Under the pieces are notes generated by a model. It was not told the origin of the DNA, did not search any database, and was given only the letters and a program-made list of their open reading frames with translations. The position numbers were made by a program, and so were the translations under genes. Shown piece by piece: positions 18,949 through 28,847 of a stretch of DNA of 54,708 bases. The DNA is from an uncultured bacterium (GTDB lineage: Bacteria; Patescibacteriota; Minisyncoccia; Phycocordibacterales; CAIZLB01). Within the stretch, counting starts at the first letter, position 1. Each line of letters opens with the position of its first letter. Location: the NCBI GenBank assembly GCA_903848795.1, contig CAINHC010000016.1, positions 1 to 54,708 on the forward strand, written 5' to 3'.

Positions 18949-20784
18949 ATGATATTGAAAAGCTCTAAAGTGAAAAAAGCCAAAAAAGTGAAGAATTATA
19001 GTGTCCGGGATTGGTCCGGTGATACTATTCTTGATCATTTATTGAACGCCAGAGGGGTTTCTGCCGATGAGAGGCAAGCCTTTCTTAACCCTGATTATGA
19101 TAAGCATGTTCACGACCCATTTCTAATGGCTGGAATGGAGACTGCTGTGGAGAGAATTAATAAGGCGATGGAAAATAATGAAAAAATCGTTATTTATGGC
19201 GATTTTGATGCTGATGGCATACCCGCTTCAGTTGTTCTTCATGATTTCTTTAAAAAAGTCGCATATCATAACTTTGTAAACTACATTCCTCATAGACATA
19301 AGGAGGGTTTTGGCTTTCATTTGCATGTTATTGAGGGTTTGGCTGAGGAGAATATGGTTGATGTTAATCATAAGGGAATGCTAGTTATAACTGTCGATTG
19401 TGGAATTACAGATGTCCCGACAGTTAAAAGGGCGAGTGAGTTAGGAATTGACGTAATTATCACCGATCACCACTTACCAGACAAAGAATTGCCCCCAGCT
19501 GTGGCTGTTGTTGACCCTAAACGTCTTGATTGTGGCTATCCTGATAAGATGCTTTGTGGCGCGGGGGTGGCGTATAAGCTTGTGCAGGCCTTAATTTTCT
19601 ATGATAGATTGCATGGAAATAAATTTGATATTAAGGAAGGATGGGAAAAGTGGTTGCTCGATATGGTGGGAATAGCAACGCTTTCTGATATGGTGCCTTT
19701 GGTCAATGAAAACAGAGTTTTTGCAAAATTTGGATTAATGGTGCTTCGTAAAACACAAAGACTAGGTTTGGTTAAGCTTTTTAGGGCACTAAAGGTTTCT
19801 CAAAAGGATTTGGTTGAGGAAGATATAACGTTCTTGATAACTCCAAGAATTAATGCAGCATCCAGAATGGCTGACCCAAGAGATGCCTTTCTTCTTCTTT
19901 CGACAACTGACTCTCTGGAAGCGGAGAGTATGGTGAAACACCTCAATTCTATTAATGATGAGAGAAAAGTGGTGGTTGCCAAGATGAGTAAGGAAATACA
20001 TAAGGTTATTCGCGAATTGAAGTTGGACGATGATGAAATATTAGTGGTTGGTAATCCAGATTGGAGTCCGACACTACTTGGTCTTGTTTCGACCACTCTA
20101 GTCAAGGATTATGGTGTTCCTGTATTTTTATGGGGAAGAAGTGAGGGGGTTATAAAGGGTTCCTGTAGATCAGATGGAGTTTGTAATGTCGTGGACATAA
20201 TGCGCAATATTCAAGAAAAGCATCCACAATTATTCCTAAATGCCGGAGGGCACTCTTTTGCTGGAGGATACTCTATTAATGAGGAATTTATACATGAATT
20301 CAGGGATAGGATTAAGGAGAGCTATGACAATCTATTTGGGTCTGGGGCGGGTGATGAGGGCGGAATTAGGGCTGGAACTGAGATTGGTGCAGAATCTGAA
20401 TCAAATGAATCAAGGGCACGACCAGACAAGATTATTAGTTATCTTGCCGATGCAATTTTGCAACCCGAGCAGGTTACTTGGAATACTTGGAATGATGTCG
20501 AAAAGTTAATGCCATATGGCGAAGGCAATTCAAAGCCTCTATTTGTATTTAAGGATGTCAAAATTGATAGTATTAAGATGTTTGGCAAACAAAAGGAGCA
20601 TCTGGAAATTAGCTTCGCTGGTATTAAGGCAATTGCTTTCTTTGCAGATGCAGAAATGTATGAAGATATTGAGAGCGAACTGGGAAAGGGGAATATAGTG
20701 AGGAAGACGGTTCTGGGTAATTTAGAGAAATCTACTTTCACATACACACCCATGTTACGAATCAGAATTGTTGATATAATCTAA
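18949..20784 (+). CDS. recJ: ssDNA exonuclease RecJ
   Basis: YGDFDADG, ITVDCGI, ITDHH, TLSDMVPL, PRINAASRM, GGHSFAGG. Confidence 0.95.
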   Translation: MILKSSKVKKAKKVKNYSVRDWSGDTILDHLLNARGVSADERQAFLNPDYDKHVHDPFLMAGMETAVERINKAMENNEKIVIYGDFDADGIPASVVLHDFFKKVAYHNFVNYIPHRHKEGFGFHLHVIEGLAEENMVDVNHKGMLVITVDCGITDVPTVKRASELGIDVIITDHHLPDKELPPAVAVVDPKRLDCGYPDKMLCGAGVAYKLVQALIFYDRLHGNKFDIKEGWEKWLLDMVGIATLSDMVPLVNENRVFAKFGLMVLRKTQRLGLVKLFRALKVSQKDLVEEDITFLITPRINAASRMADPRDAFLLLSTTDSLEAESMVKHLNSINDERKVVVAKMSKEIHKVIRELKLDDDEILVVGNPDWSPTLLGLVSTTLVKDYGVPVFLWGRSEGVIKGSCRSDGVCNVVDIMRNIQEKHPQLFLNAGGHSFAGGYSINEEFIHEFRDRIKESYDNLFGSGAGDEGGIRAGTEIGAESESNESRARPDKIISYLADAILQPEQVTWNTWNDVEKLMPYGEGNSKPLFVFKDVKIDSIKMFGKQKEHLEISFAGIKAIAFFADAEMYEDIESELGKGNIVRKTVLGNLEKSTFTYTPMLRIRIVDII

Positions 20785-20873
20785 TAAATAGATTTAGTAA
20801 ATAGAGTCAGGACAAAAATCAATAGAAAAATAAAAATCAAAGAGAAAACCAAAATCAAAACCAAAATAAAAAT

Positions 20874-21713
20874 ATGAAAAACAGAGTCTTAATATTTGCA
20901 GATGGCGCATCAAGAGGAAACCCTGGTAGAGGTGGGTATGGAACTGTTGTCGTAAGTGGATTGTCAGAAAATTTTAATAGCAACTCAAGTGTTTTGGAAA
21001 TTAAAGAATTGGGAGGACGGGACAATATGACCACTAACAATAAGATGGAGCTAAGTGCGGTTATTGAGGGTTTGAGATATTGCGGGAAAGTTGGTCTTGA
21101 TAATGAGAATACAGAATTTAGTATTTACACAGATTCTAAATATGTGATGAATGGTGCACAGGGGTGGATTTTTGGTTGGAAGAAAAATGGATGGAAAACG
21201 AAAGCTGGGGAGGAAGTAAAAAATCAAGAGTTGTGGGAAGACATGTCAGATTTAATTCAAGGCAAGAAAATTAATTGGGTGCTACTTCCAGGGCACGCAG
21301 GTGTCGCAGGTAATGAAAGATGTGACCAAATCGCAACTCTGTTTGCTGATAATGTTAGCGGAGAGACTTCGGGTAATCCAAAATTGTTTGAAGGTAGTTT
21401 TAAAAAATACGAGGAAATTAAATCGAGTGATATTGCAATTGATACCTCAAAACTTTTGGATGTTTTCTATAATCCAGGTTTGATCAAAATAGCGAAGGAC
21501 GACAAAAATGCGAGTGGCGCAAAAAAAACAGGAAGTTCCGCGAAAGCTTCAAAAGCATTTTCATATGTCAGTAAGGTGGATGGAAATATATATATTGATA
21601 AAAATTGGGTAGATTGTGAGAAGAGGGTGAAGGGAACAAAAGGTGCACTTTACAAGAAGTCCGTCTCACTAAACGATCAAGAAAATATTTCAAGAGATTT
21701 CATGAGTCGATAA
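20874..21713 (+). CDS. rnhA: RNase HI with C-terminal hybrid-binding-like domain
   Basis: FADGASRGNPGRGGYG, TNNKMELSAVI, YTDSKYV, GHAGVAGNERCD. Confidence 0.9.
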   Translation: MKNRVLIFADGASRGNPGRGGYGTVVVSGLSENFNSNSSVLEIKELGGRDNMTTNNKMELSAVIEGLRYCGKVGLDNENTEFSIYTDSKYVMNGAQGWIFGWKKNGWKTKAGEEVKNQELWEDMSDLIQGKKINWVLLPGHAGVAGNERCDQIATLFADNVSGETSGNPKLFEGSFKKYEEIKSSDIAIDTSKLLDVFYNPGLIKIAKDDKNASGAKKTGSSAKASKAFSYVSKVDGNIYIDKNWVDCEKRVKGTKGALYKKSVSLNDQENISRDFMSR

Positions 21714-21777
21714 TTTCTTCGGGTATTCTTTAGAATTTTTTTATAGAAGCATTATGTCAATCTGATATGGTGTGGGT

Positions 21778-23286
21778 ATGAACTTTGATTGGTATTACAA
21801 AAAGGGAAGCAAAACCTCCGTGTTGGCGATTTGGATATTTGTAATATTTTTGGCGTGTACAATAATTTATCTTCGATACAATTTTGTAACATCGAGATCG
21901 AAGTTCTTAATGGATAGGGTCGATAGGGAGGTTGAGTTAAGCGGAATGATTGTAGAGGAACCGACGGATTTTGGTTTCAAAAAAAGCCTGATCGTTGAGG
22001 TGTCAAAAGTCAAAATTAATGGCGAGGAAATTTCCATAAATCCTGTAAAATCAGATTTTGAATCAGAATTTTGGTTGAAGGATTTTTTTAACATCGGGAG
22101 GTATTTTGATCCAAGCTTTAGAAAAAATAAAATACGCGTTATCGCCAGTTGTTCGGATTGCAATTTTGGACACTCCATAAATTTGGGAGGAACCTTAAGT
22201 TTGCCAAAAGTTACAGAGGATTTTGACTCAGATATTTTTCTACTTTCTCGGGGAATACAGTTTGAAATTGTGAATGCCAAAATCAGGAAGGTTGGAGAGT
22301 TCGACTCGCATTTCGCGTTGGAAAATTATCTATACGATTTCAAAAATCTCTTTGTTAAGAAAATTAAAATTGCTCTACCAGACAGAGAGGAGTCGGCGCT
22401 TGGTGCTGGAATTTTGATCACAGGTAAAGGAGAGTTGTCTAAGAAAACTTTGGAAGACTTTAAGAGATCGGGGTTGGTTCACATGGTGGTGCTTTCTGGG
22501 TTCAATGTATCAATTGTTGCTCAAGTAATAATTTCCGTTTTATCTTTTTTGCCAAAAATAATTACAGGCGTGCTTGGGTCAATTGGTGTCATTTTATTTT
22601 GCATTATGGTTGGCGGAGGAGCGACAGTTATCAGGTCTCTGATCATGTCTTTGATAGGAATTTTTTCTCAAGTCTTTGACCTTAACCATTCCGCACTTCG
22701 TGCTGTCCTTATCGCGGGAGGGCTGATGATAATTCAAAATCCAATAGTCATAATTGGCGACCCATCGTTTCAGTTGTCCTTTGCATGTACTATAGGGGTA
22801 ATACTTTTAGGTAATTCATCTAAACATTTTTTCAGTTTTGTGACCGATAGGTTTGGGTTAAGAGAAGTCGTCTCATCTACCGTCGCTGTTCAAATATTTT
22901 CACTGCCACTTCTCCTGAAATTCTCGGGGTCAATATCTTCTTATGGAATTTTTGCAAACATTATAGTGGTTCCATTCATACCCTTTGCAATGCTTTCGGT
23001 GTTCCTTTCTGGTACCTTCTGTTTCATCAATCAAAATTTAGGCTTGGTATTCAACCTTGTTTCACATCTTATTTTGGCTTATATGTTGTTCGTTGTGAAA
23101 TATATTTCAAGTCTAAATAGTGCGATGTTGGAGATTGGAAAGACCAATAACTTTTTTATCGTCTGTTGGTACGCCGTTGTGATTCCGCCCTCGGTGATGC
23201 TTTATAAAAAATTCTCAAGAAATTCGGGGGTATCCGATATCCGAAAAATAAAAGAAGATATCAACAAAAAAATCCATCAGGATTGA
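21778..23286 (+). CDS. comEC: ComEC membrane/competence domain (no MBL domain)
   Basis: SGLVHMVVLSGFNV, GGATVIRSLIM, PSFQLSF, ANIIVVP. ATG at 21778 follows an extended -10. Confidence 0.88.
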   Translation: MNFDWYYKKGSKTSVLAIWIFVIFLACTIIYLRYNFVTSRSKFLMDRVDREVELSGMIVEEPTDFGFKKSLIVEVSKVKINGEEISINPVKSDFESEFWLKDFFNIGRYFDPSFRKNKIRVIASCSDCNFGHSINLGGTLSLPKVTEDFDSDIFLLSRGIQFEIVNAKIRKVGEFDSHFALENYLYDFKNLFVKKIKIALPDREESALGAGILITGKGELSKKTLEDFKRSGLVHMVVLSGFNVSIVAQVIISVLSFLPKIITGVLGSIGVILFCIMVGGGATVIRSLIMSLIGIFSQVFDLNHSALRAVLIAGGLMIIQNPIVIIGDPSFQLSFACTIGVILLGNSSKHFFSFVTDRFGLREVVSSTVAVQIFSLPLLLKFSGSISSYGIFANIIVVPFIPFAMLSVFLSGTFCFINQNLGLVFNLVSHLILAYMLFVVKYISSLNSAMLEIGKTNNFFIVCWYAVVIPPSVMLYKKFSRNSGVSDIRKIKEDINKKIHQD

Positions 23287-23420
23287 TGGATGAAACTGAA
23301 AGTTTGATGATTCAATTGTCTGGGTAGTACCTGTTTTGAATGACAGAACTTTTTCGCGTGAGACTTAAAAATTTGAAATGTCAGGGAAGTGATCGAGCGT
23401 TCAGTTAAAGTGGGTGGCGA

Positions 23421-24020
23421 CTATTTCGCTTCCAAAAATCTTTTCTCAGAAACTGAAAAATTTAGATTTTCAAAGAATGCCTCAACATATTTTTTCTTCT
23501 CACTTGGGACAAAGTCTAGCATGTATGAGTGCTCCCACATATCAAGGGCAAGAATGACGGAGCAACCAGTTAGGTGTCCTAGATGCTGTTCCTCAACCCA
23601 GCAGTGTTGAAGAGTCCCTGTCTTTTTATCAAAATAAAGGACAGCCCATCCAACACCACGAGTCATTGCAATTTCCTTGAATCTCAAAAGCCACGAGTCG
23701 AATGATCCCCATGTCTCATTGATCATTTGAACCAATTCACTTTGATCGTCTTTGGACTTTAAACCACCTTCAAATTGTTCGAAGTAATATTCATGATTTC
23801 TCATGCCGTCAAACTCAAAAGAAAACCTTCTCTGCATTTCAGAAATCAAGTATGTGTTTTTTGTAATCTCTTCCTCAGTTGTTCGAAGACCATCAATCTT
23901 CTCTAGAATCAAATTTGCACTTTTGACATATCCTGAGTAGAGCTTCAAGTGCTCCTCTATGGTCTTCTGACTAATTCCCTTGAGCTCCGGAATCGCGAAT
24001 GTTTTTTCTGTAAATTTCAT
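23421..24020 (-). CDS. Fe/Mn superoxide dismutase family protein
   Basis: Four ligands are visible: EHLKLY, NHEYYF and LDMWEHSY, plus RGVGWAVL. Confidence 0.88.
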   Translation of the reverse strand: MKFTEKTFAIPELKGISQKTIEEHLKLYSGYVKSANLILEKIDGLRTTEEEITKNTYLISEMQRRFSFEFDGMRNHEYYFEQFEGGLKSKDDQSELVQMINETWGSFDSWLLRFKEIAMTRGVGWAVLYFDKKTGTLQHCWVEEQHLGHLTGCSVILALDMWEHSYMLDFVPSEKKKYVEAFFENLNFSVSEKRFLEAK

Positions 24021-24033
24021 ATTTTAAATTTTT

Positions 24034-25179
24034 ATGATTAATAATCTTCCTCAATTTTCTCAAACAATTTGGCAAAGAATATTTGAAATATTCTTGCGCT
24101 TTGCAGATGCCTTTTATAGGGTCTCTGTTCGTCTATTATACCATAGTAAAATTGTGGGAGTTTTGTTGGTGTCCTCCTTGATTATATTTGTGACGTCCAT
24201 CAGTTTCTTCATCTCCGTTTTTAATGAAGTTCAAACTAAAGACGAAATCATTCAAAATTCTCGTCAGGGATTTTATGCGATCGATGTTGGACAAGGTGAC
24301 TCGCTTCTTTATGTCACAAAAGAGAATCAAACTATTCTCACGGACACCGGAAGACCAGGAAGCGGAATCGTGCAGAAGTTAGAAAAGATTTTAGGAAAGT
24401 ACAGAAAGAAAATCGATGTAGTTGTTTTGACTCACCCCGATTCAGATCATGTGGGCGAAATCGAAAACATCCTAGCGACCTACGAGGTTGGACTAATTTT
24501 GTATTCTCCAATATATGACGTCCGACCAGACTCTCTAAAATCAATTGAAAATATCAGAAGCAAAAATCACGGATTAACCCTACCGGTTTTTGCTGGTGAG
24601 AATTTGAATTTATCATCAAAGGAAAAAATATATTTCCTCTCTCCAGCGTTTACTGGCATGGCAACATTTGCAAACAAAAAGGAATTGGAAGAGGATAATT
24701 ACTTCTCAGTCGTGTCGCTTATAAAAAGCAAAGATTTAATTTTTATGATGGCTGACGCTCCCCAGAAGATAGAAAAAGTTTTAGCATCTCTCGCCACTCG
24801 CTCTACCTTCTCAAACTCCGCATCTGCCTCGCCACAAAGATTTGAAACTGCTGATATATTTTCTCAACTATCAAATCTCACAGGAGAAGAATTTCAAAGA
24901 AATCAGTTTGATAAAATAATTTTGAAAGTTGGACACCATGGATCCAAGACTTCATCAGCATCAGAGTTTATCAAACAACTTTCTCCAACAGATGCAATTT
25001 TATCCTATGGAAAAAATAACAGATACGGTCATCCTCACAAAGAAGTTTTGGATTTGTTGATGGGTGGATTTTTAGCATCATCCTCACCAGCTTCATCCAT
25101 GTCATCAGTATCGTTATCTCCAGTCCCCCAAATCAAAATACACCGAACCATCTTTGGTACGGTGTATTTTGGGGAGTAA
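24034..25179 (+). CDS. ComEC/Rec2-type metallo-beta-lactamase-fold protein
   Basis: DVGQGDS, THPDSDHVG, KVGHHGSKTSS, YGHPH, N-terminal TM helix. Confidence 0.88.
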   Translation: MINNLPQFSQTIWQRIFEIFLRFADAFYRVSVRLLYHSKIVGVLLVSSLIIFVTSISFFISVFNEVQTKDEIIQNSRQGFYAIDVGQGDSLLYVTKENQTILTDTGRPGSGIVQKLEKILGKYRKKIDVVVLTHPDSDHVGEIENILATYEVGLILYSPIYDVRPDSLKSIENIRSKNHGLTLPVFAGENLNLSSKEKIYFLSPAFTGMATFANKKELEEDNYFSVVSLIKSKDLIFMMADAPQKIEKVLASLATRSTFSNSASASPQRFETADIFSQLSNLTGEEFQRNQFDKIILKVGHHGSKTSSASEFIKQLSPTDAILSYGKNNRYGHPHKEVLDLLMGGFLASSSPASSMSSVSLSPVPQIKIHRTIFGTVYFGE

Positions 25180-25194
25180 TCCGATTACTTGTAA

Positions 25195-25446
25195 TTATTT
25201 CATTTTTATCAAACCAGCTTTCTTAAGAGTGGCAAAAGCGCCATTCTTTTGAATAGTTTTGATTGCTCTAGTTGATAGAGTTAATGTAACTGATTGTCCA
25301 AGCTCTGGAACATAAATACGCTTCTTTTGAAGATTGGCGCGTCTACGTCTCAACCCTGTTGGGTTGAATTGAGTAGCACGAGTACGGTTAGAATACCCGC
25401 CTCCATTAATTGAACTTCTTTTTGTTATTGCGCAAACTTTTGCCAT
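25195..25446 (-). CDS. rpmB: 50S ribosomal protein L28
   Basis: MAKVCAIT...RRRRANLQKKRIYVPELG..VTLTLSTRAIKT. Confidence 0.93.
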   Translation of the reverse strand: MAKVCAITKRSSINGGGYSNRTRATQFNPTGLRRRRANLQKKRIYVPELGQSVTLTLSTRAIKTIQKNGAFATLKKAGLIKMK

Positions 25447-25472
25447 ATGTTTTGGTATGCTATCATACTTCT

Positions 25473-26093
25473 ATGGACATAGCAACAATAATAATCTCGA
25501 TAGCGATACTGGTATTTTCCGTGGTAATTCACGAAGTAGCCCATGGGCTAGCGGCACTCAGCCAAGGTGACCAAACAGCCAAAATCATGGGTCGCCTTAC
25601 TCTAAACCCAATAAAGCACATAGATCCATTTGGATCCATAATATTACCCCTACTTTGTGTAATTTTACCAGGTGGAATCATCCTTGGCTGGGCAAAACCT
25701 GTACCAGTAAACTTCAACGCCCTTAGGTCTGGAAAAAAGGGTGAGGCGTTAGTTGCCATCGCGGGCCCCCTATCAAATATAATATTGGCAGTAGTCGCCG
25801 GTTTGGTTATAAGAGGATTTGCTTCATCACTCCCAGGTCCTGCTGTTTTTGCACTGGAGATAGTAATTCTAACCAATCTAGTTCTTGCAACATTCAACCT
25901 AGTTCCCATCCCTCCACTGGATGGCTCACGTATTCTATCCGCCATATTACCCTACAAAGCAAGACATATAATGGCCACCCTTGAAAGATATGGCTTACTA
26001 TTTGCCCTACTTTTCGTATTCTTCATCTGGCAATTAATAATCCCAATAGTCTACTTTTTGGCCTATTTATTGAGCGGAATTAGAATACAGTAA
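25473..26093 (+). CDS. Site-2 protease, peptidase M50
   Basis: HEVAHG, GRLTLNP, GWAKPVPVN, AGPLSN, FNLVPIPPLDGS. Start set at ATG 25473. Confidence 0.92.
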   Translation: MDIATIIISIAILVFSVVIHEVAHGLAALSQGDQTAKIMGRLTLNPIKHIDPFGSIILPLLCVILPGGIILGWAKPVPVNFNALRSGKKGEALVAIAGPLSNIILAVVAGLVIRGFASSLPGPAVFALEIVILTNLVLATFNLVPIPPLDGSRILSAILPYKARHIMATLERYGLLFALLFVFFIWQLIIPIVYFLAYLLSGIRIQ

Positions 26094-26099
26094 TCTAGA

Positions 26100-26861
26100 T
26101 TATAACCCCTCCCAAATACCTTTAAATAACTCTCTCATGTTGTGTGCTAGAGTTGCATCGTATATTTGGACAAAGTAATGTGGTTTTTGATTTGTAACCG
26201 CAAAGATCAAGTAATCTCCAGCTACCCAGGTTGATCCAGTAAAATCACCTTCTCTATCCCAAAACTTCACAAGACGTCTATCAAATTGCTTTGATCTGAT
26301 TATATTTTCATATTTCGATTCATTTGTTAGTAAACGAACAGAAAGTTTCTTTGGTGCACAATTTTTCCAGAACCACTCTATCCAGGTGGCATAATGCTTG
26401 GAAAAACTAGGATCTTGGAATCCCCACCAAATTGTATCCTTTTTCATTATACTATCAGCCCAGATTGGTGATTGCTTGTAATAAAAAGTGCCCATATCCT
26501 CTTCATACACAAAGGTTATTTTTGGAATGGAATAACGTGTATTTTTTGTCATGGATTTTAACTCCTCTATGGCTTTATCTATAATCCCCTTCTTCCTCTG
26601 TAAATCCTCCTCCTCCTTTCTACTTATATCCTTAAGGTCATCTGGTGGAAGTGCTACTAGATATTTTTGTTTACCAGCTAAATCCTCAACAATAAGGCCC
26701 TTTTCTACTAGTTCTTGAGCGATTATATACGCAGTTGTACGATTGATGCCCGCAACTTTTGCTGCTCTGGCCGGAGTTATTTTACCTTGTTCTAATATGG
26801 CTAGGTAGAGCTCTATTTCCTTTGGTTTAAATCCTAATTCAGAAAGTAGTTTGTTTATCAT
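26100..26861 (-). CDS. TrmB-family transcriptional regulator
   Basis: LSELGFKPKEIELYLAIL...AGINRTTAYIIAQELVEKGLI wHTH. Confidence 0.85.
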   Translation of the reverse strand: MINKLLSELGFKPKEIELYLAILEQGKITPARAAKVAGINRTTAYIIAQELVEKGLIVEDLAGKQKYLVALPPDDLKDISRKEEEDLQRKKGIIDKAIEELKSMTKNTRYSIPKITFVYEEDMGTFYYKQSPIWADSIMKKDTIWWGFQDPSFSKHYATWIEWFWKNCAPKKLSVRLLTNESKYENIIRSKQFDRRLVKFWDREGDFTGSTWVAGDYLIFAVTNQKPHYFVQIYDATLAHNMRELFKGIWEGL

Positions 26862-26868
26862 GTCAAAT

Positions 26869-26897
26869 ATTATAGCATGTTGTCATAAAATTATCAA
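26869..26897 (-). promoter_or_regulatory. Leaderless promoter of trmB (26861)
   Basis: TTGATA-N17-TATAAT with extended TG, then 7 nt to the ATG. Confidence 0.7.
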
Positions 26898-27022
26898 CAG
26901 ACAAATAGCGCTACAAATATACATATGCTCTTAATAAACTTGGCTTGTGTAACCATAAATATTGCAGAAAATGTAATTTGACATATTATGATATTCGTTA
27001 TCAAAATATAAATATTTTAAAA

Positions 27023-28138
27023 ATGAGCAATAAAACAAAGAAATATATCAGTATTGTGGGCCTAATTGTCATATTAGTCTTGGTTTTTGTATCAATGAAC
27101 CGCAATCAAAACAGCGGTTCAGAGCCAAAAACTATTAAAATCGGGGTAATTGCCTCAATGACAGGGGCTTATTCAAATGTTGGTGAGAATAGCAAAAAAG
27201 GTATAGATCTGGCTGTGAGCGAAGTAAATAAAAAGGGTGGAGTTTTGGGCAGACCAATCGAGGTTGTCTATAAAGAATACCCTGGAGAGGATCAGAAAGT
27301 TGCTGTATCCGCATTTTATGAACTTAATAGTTCTGGTATAAATTTAATCATAGGACCAAGTCTCACCACCACAGGCTCCGCGCTAGCCCCGCTCGCTGTT
27401 CCAAATAATAGTCTATTGATTTCTCCTGCTATTGGCTCTGAGAAATTTGCAGAAGCAAACGAAAATACATTTAGTGTATGGCCTCCTGATAAGGCGGGTG
27501 TTTCAAAGCTGGCGGAATTTGTATTCGAAAAAGGCTTGAGAAGGGTGGCTGTTATTGGCTCACAACAAGAGTGGGAGAGACAAATGGCCGTGTATTTTAA
27601 GGAAGATTTTGAAAAGCTTGGTGAAACAATCACGGATATAGAATTACCTCTGATGACCGACAAAGACCTTAGAACTCAGTCTATTAAGATAAAAGAATCA
27701 AATCCTGAGGCTGTAATCTTTACTAATTATGGTGAAACTAGCTATGCAGCAAAAAGAATCCGTGAAGTAGGAATTGAGTCACCCTTCTTTTCTGTTCTTT
27801 TGGATGAGGAAGGAATAAAAAATGCTAATGGAACGCTTGAGGGTACAATATATGTAACTTCGTACACCCCAACTCCAGAGTTTGTATCTGCTTACAAGGG
27901 CTATTATAATACCGAGCCACAGTTCCCAGCTGACACATCCTATGATTCTGTTATGGTCCTTGCAAAGGCAATAGAGAAGGCCAAAAGTACAGATACTGCT
28001 AAGGTTACAGAGAGTCTGAGTGAGATTTCTTCCTTCAGTGGAGCCTCAGGGGTATTTGGATTTGATGCAAGCGGGGCGGCGGTAAAAACCCCGGCCTACT
28101 ACATAGTCAAAAACGGAAAGTCTGAGCTTTACAAATAA
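27023..28138 (+). CDS. LivJ/LivK-like substrate-binding protein with N-terminal membrane anchor
   Basis: IKIGVIASMTG, GIDLAVSEVN..GGVLGRPIEVV, DLRTQSIKIK, SYDSV. Start set at ATG 27023. Confidence 0.9.
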   Translation: MSNKTKKYISIVGLIVILVLVFVSMNRNQNSGSEPKTIKIGVIASMTGAYSNVGENSKKGIDLAVSEVNKKGGVLGRPIEVVYKEYPGEDQKVAVSAFYELNSSGINLIIGPSLTTTGSALAPLAVPNNSLLISPAIGSEKFAEANENTFSVWPPDKAGVSKLAEFVFEKGLRRVAVIGSQQEWERQMAVYFKEDFEKLGETITDIELPLMTDKDLRTQSIKIKESNPEAVIFTNYGETSYAAKRIREVGIESPFFSVLLDEEGIKNANGTLEGTIYVTSYTPTPEFVSAYKGYYNTEPQFPADTSYDSVMVLAKAIEKAKSTDTAKVTESLSEISSFSGASGVFGFDASGAAVKTPAYYIVKNGKSELYK

Positions 28139-28146
28139 AAAACCCC

Positions 28147-28173
28147 AAAAAACCCAGCCCCGCTGGGTTTTTT
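28147..28173 (+). terminator. Intrinsic terminator
   Basis: AAAAAACCCAGC-CCC-GCTGGGTTTTTT. Confidence 0.85.
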
Positions 28174-28220
28174 GCTACCAACTATAATTAGGTCTCAAAT
28201 CCCAAGGGTTTATTGCGTAT

Positions 28221-28326
28221 AAACATATATTCTCATTTCGCCTAAGAGCCTTGCGAGTTGCAACGAGCAGAGGTGATTTTCAGCAGAAAATCGCCGTGCT
28301 CTTAGGGGGAGTGAGAATATGTGTTT
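28221..28326 (+). ncRNA. Structured palindromic element, copy A (unknown family, RNA or DNA)
   Basis: 29-bp outer stem (25 Watson-Crick, 3 G-U, 1 mismatch) enclosing two hairpins, with the core shared with 38412-38545. Confidence 0.6.
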
Positions 28327-28339
28327 GGGTTATTAACCC

Positions 28340-28368
28340 TTGCATTAAGCACCTATATATAGTAGTCT
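28340..28368 (+). promoter_or_regulatory. rpsL promoter
   Basis: TTGCAT-N17-TAGTCT. Confidence 0.6.
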
Positions 28369-28409
28369 ATGACAACTAGTGTATTTTACATACGCTCGTA
28401 AATTTAAGT

Positions 28410-28826
28410 ATGCCAACTTTAAATCAATTAATTAAGAAGAATCGTTCAAAGCCTCGCAAAAAGAGTAAGGCTATTGCCCTTACTCGTGGTTTTAACACAT
28501 TGCAAAACAGACCAATCTTTTATAATTCACCTTTTAAAAGAGGAGTTTGTACAAAGGTTACAACCAAAACACCTAAGAAGCCTAACTCTGCTATCAGAAA
28601 GATCGCCAGAGTTCGTCTTACAAACGGTATAGAAGTTACTGCTTACATCCCAGGAATGGGACACAACCTACAAGAGCACTCCGTGGTACTACTACGTGGT
28701 GGTCGTGTTAAGGACGTTGGTATTAGATATACCGTTGTTCGTGGAAAGCTAGACTGTGCAGGTGTTGAAAAGCGTAGAAAGCAACGTTCAGCTTACGGCG
28801 CAAAGCGCCCAAAGGCAGCTAAGTAA
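28410..28826 (+). CDS. rpsL: 30S ribosomal protein S12
   Basis: [36 protein letters not shown]. Confidence 0.98.
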   Translation: MPTLNQLIKKNRSKPRKKSKAIALTRGFNTLQNRPIFYNSPFKRGVCTKVTTKTPKKPNSAIRKIARVRLTNGIEVTAYIPGMGHNLQEHSVVLLRGGRVKDVGIRYTVVRGKLDCAGVEKRRKQRSAYGAKRPKAAK

Positions 28827-28847
28827 TATTAGCCGTCTGGTTTCGGG

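Noticed and set aside
20820-20873. AAAAYC-like short tandem repeats before rnhA
   Set aside because: Low-complexity A-rich spacer with irregular units.
26879-26898. GTTG-N12-CAAC palindrome as the operator of the third module
   Set aside because: It does not fit GTC-N9-GAC and is largely explained by the -35 box and spacer of the trmB promoter.
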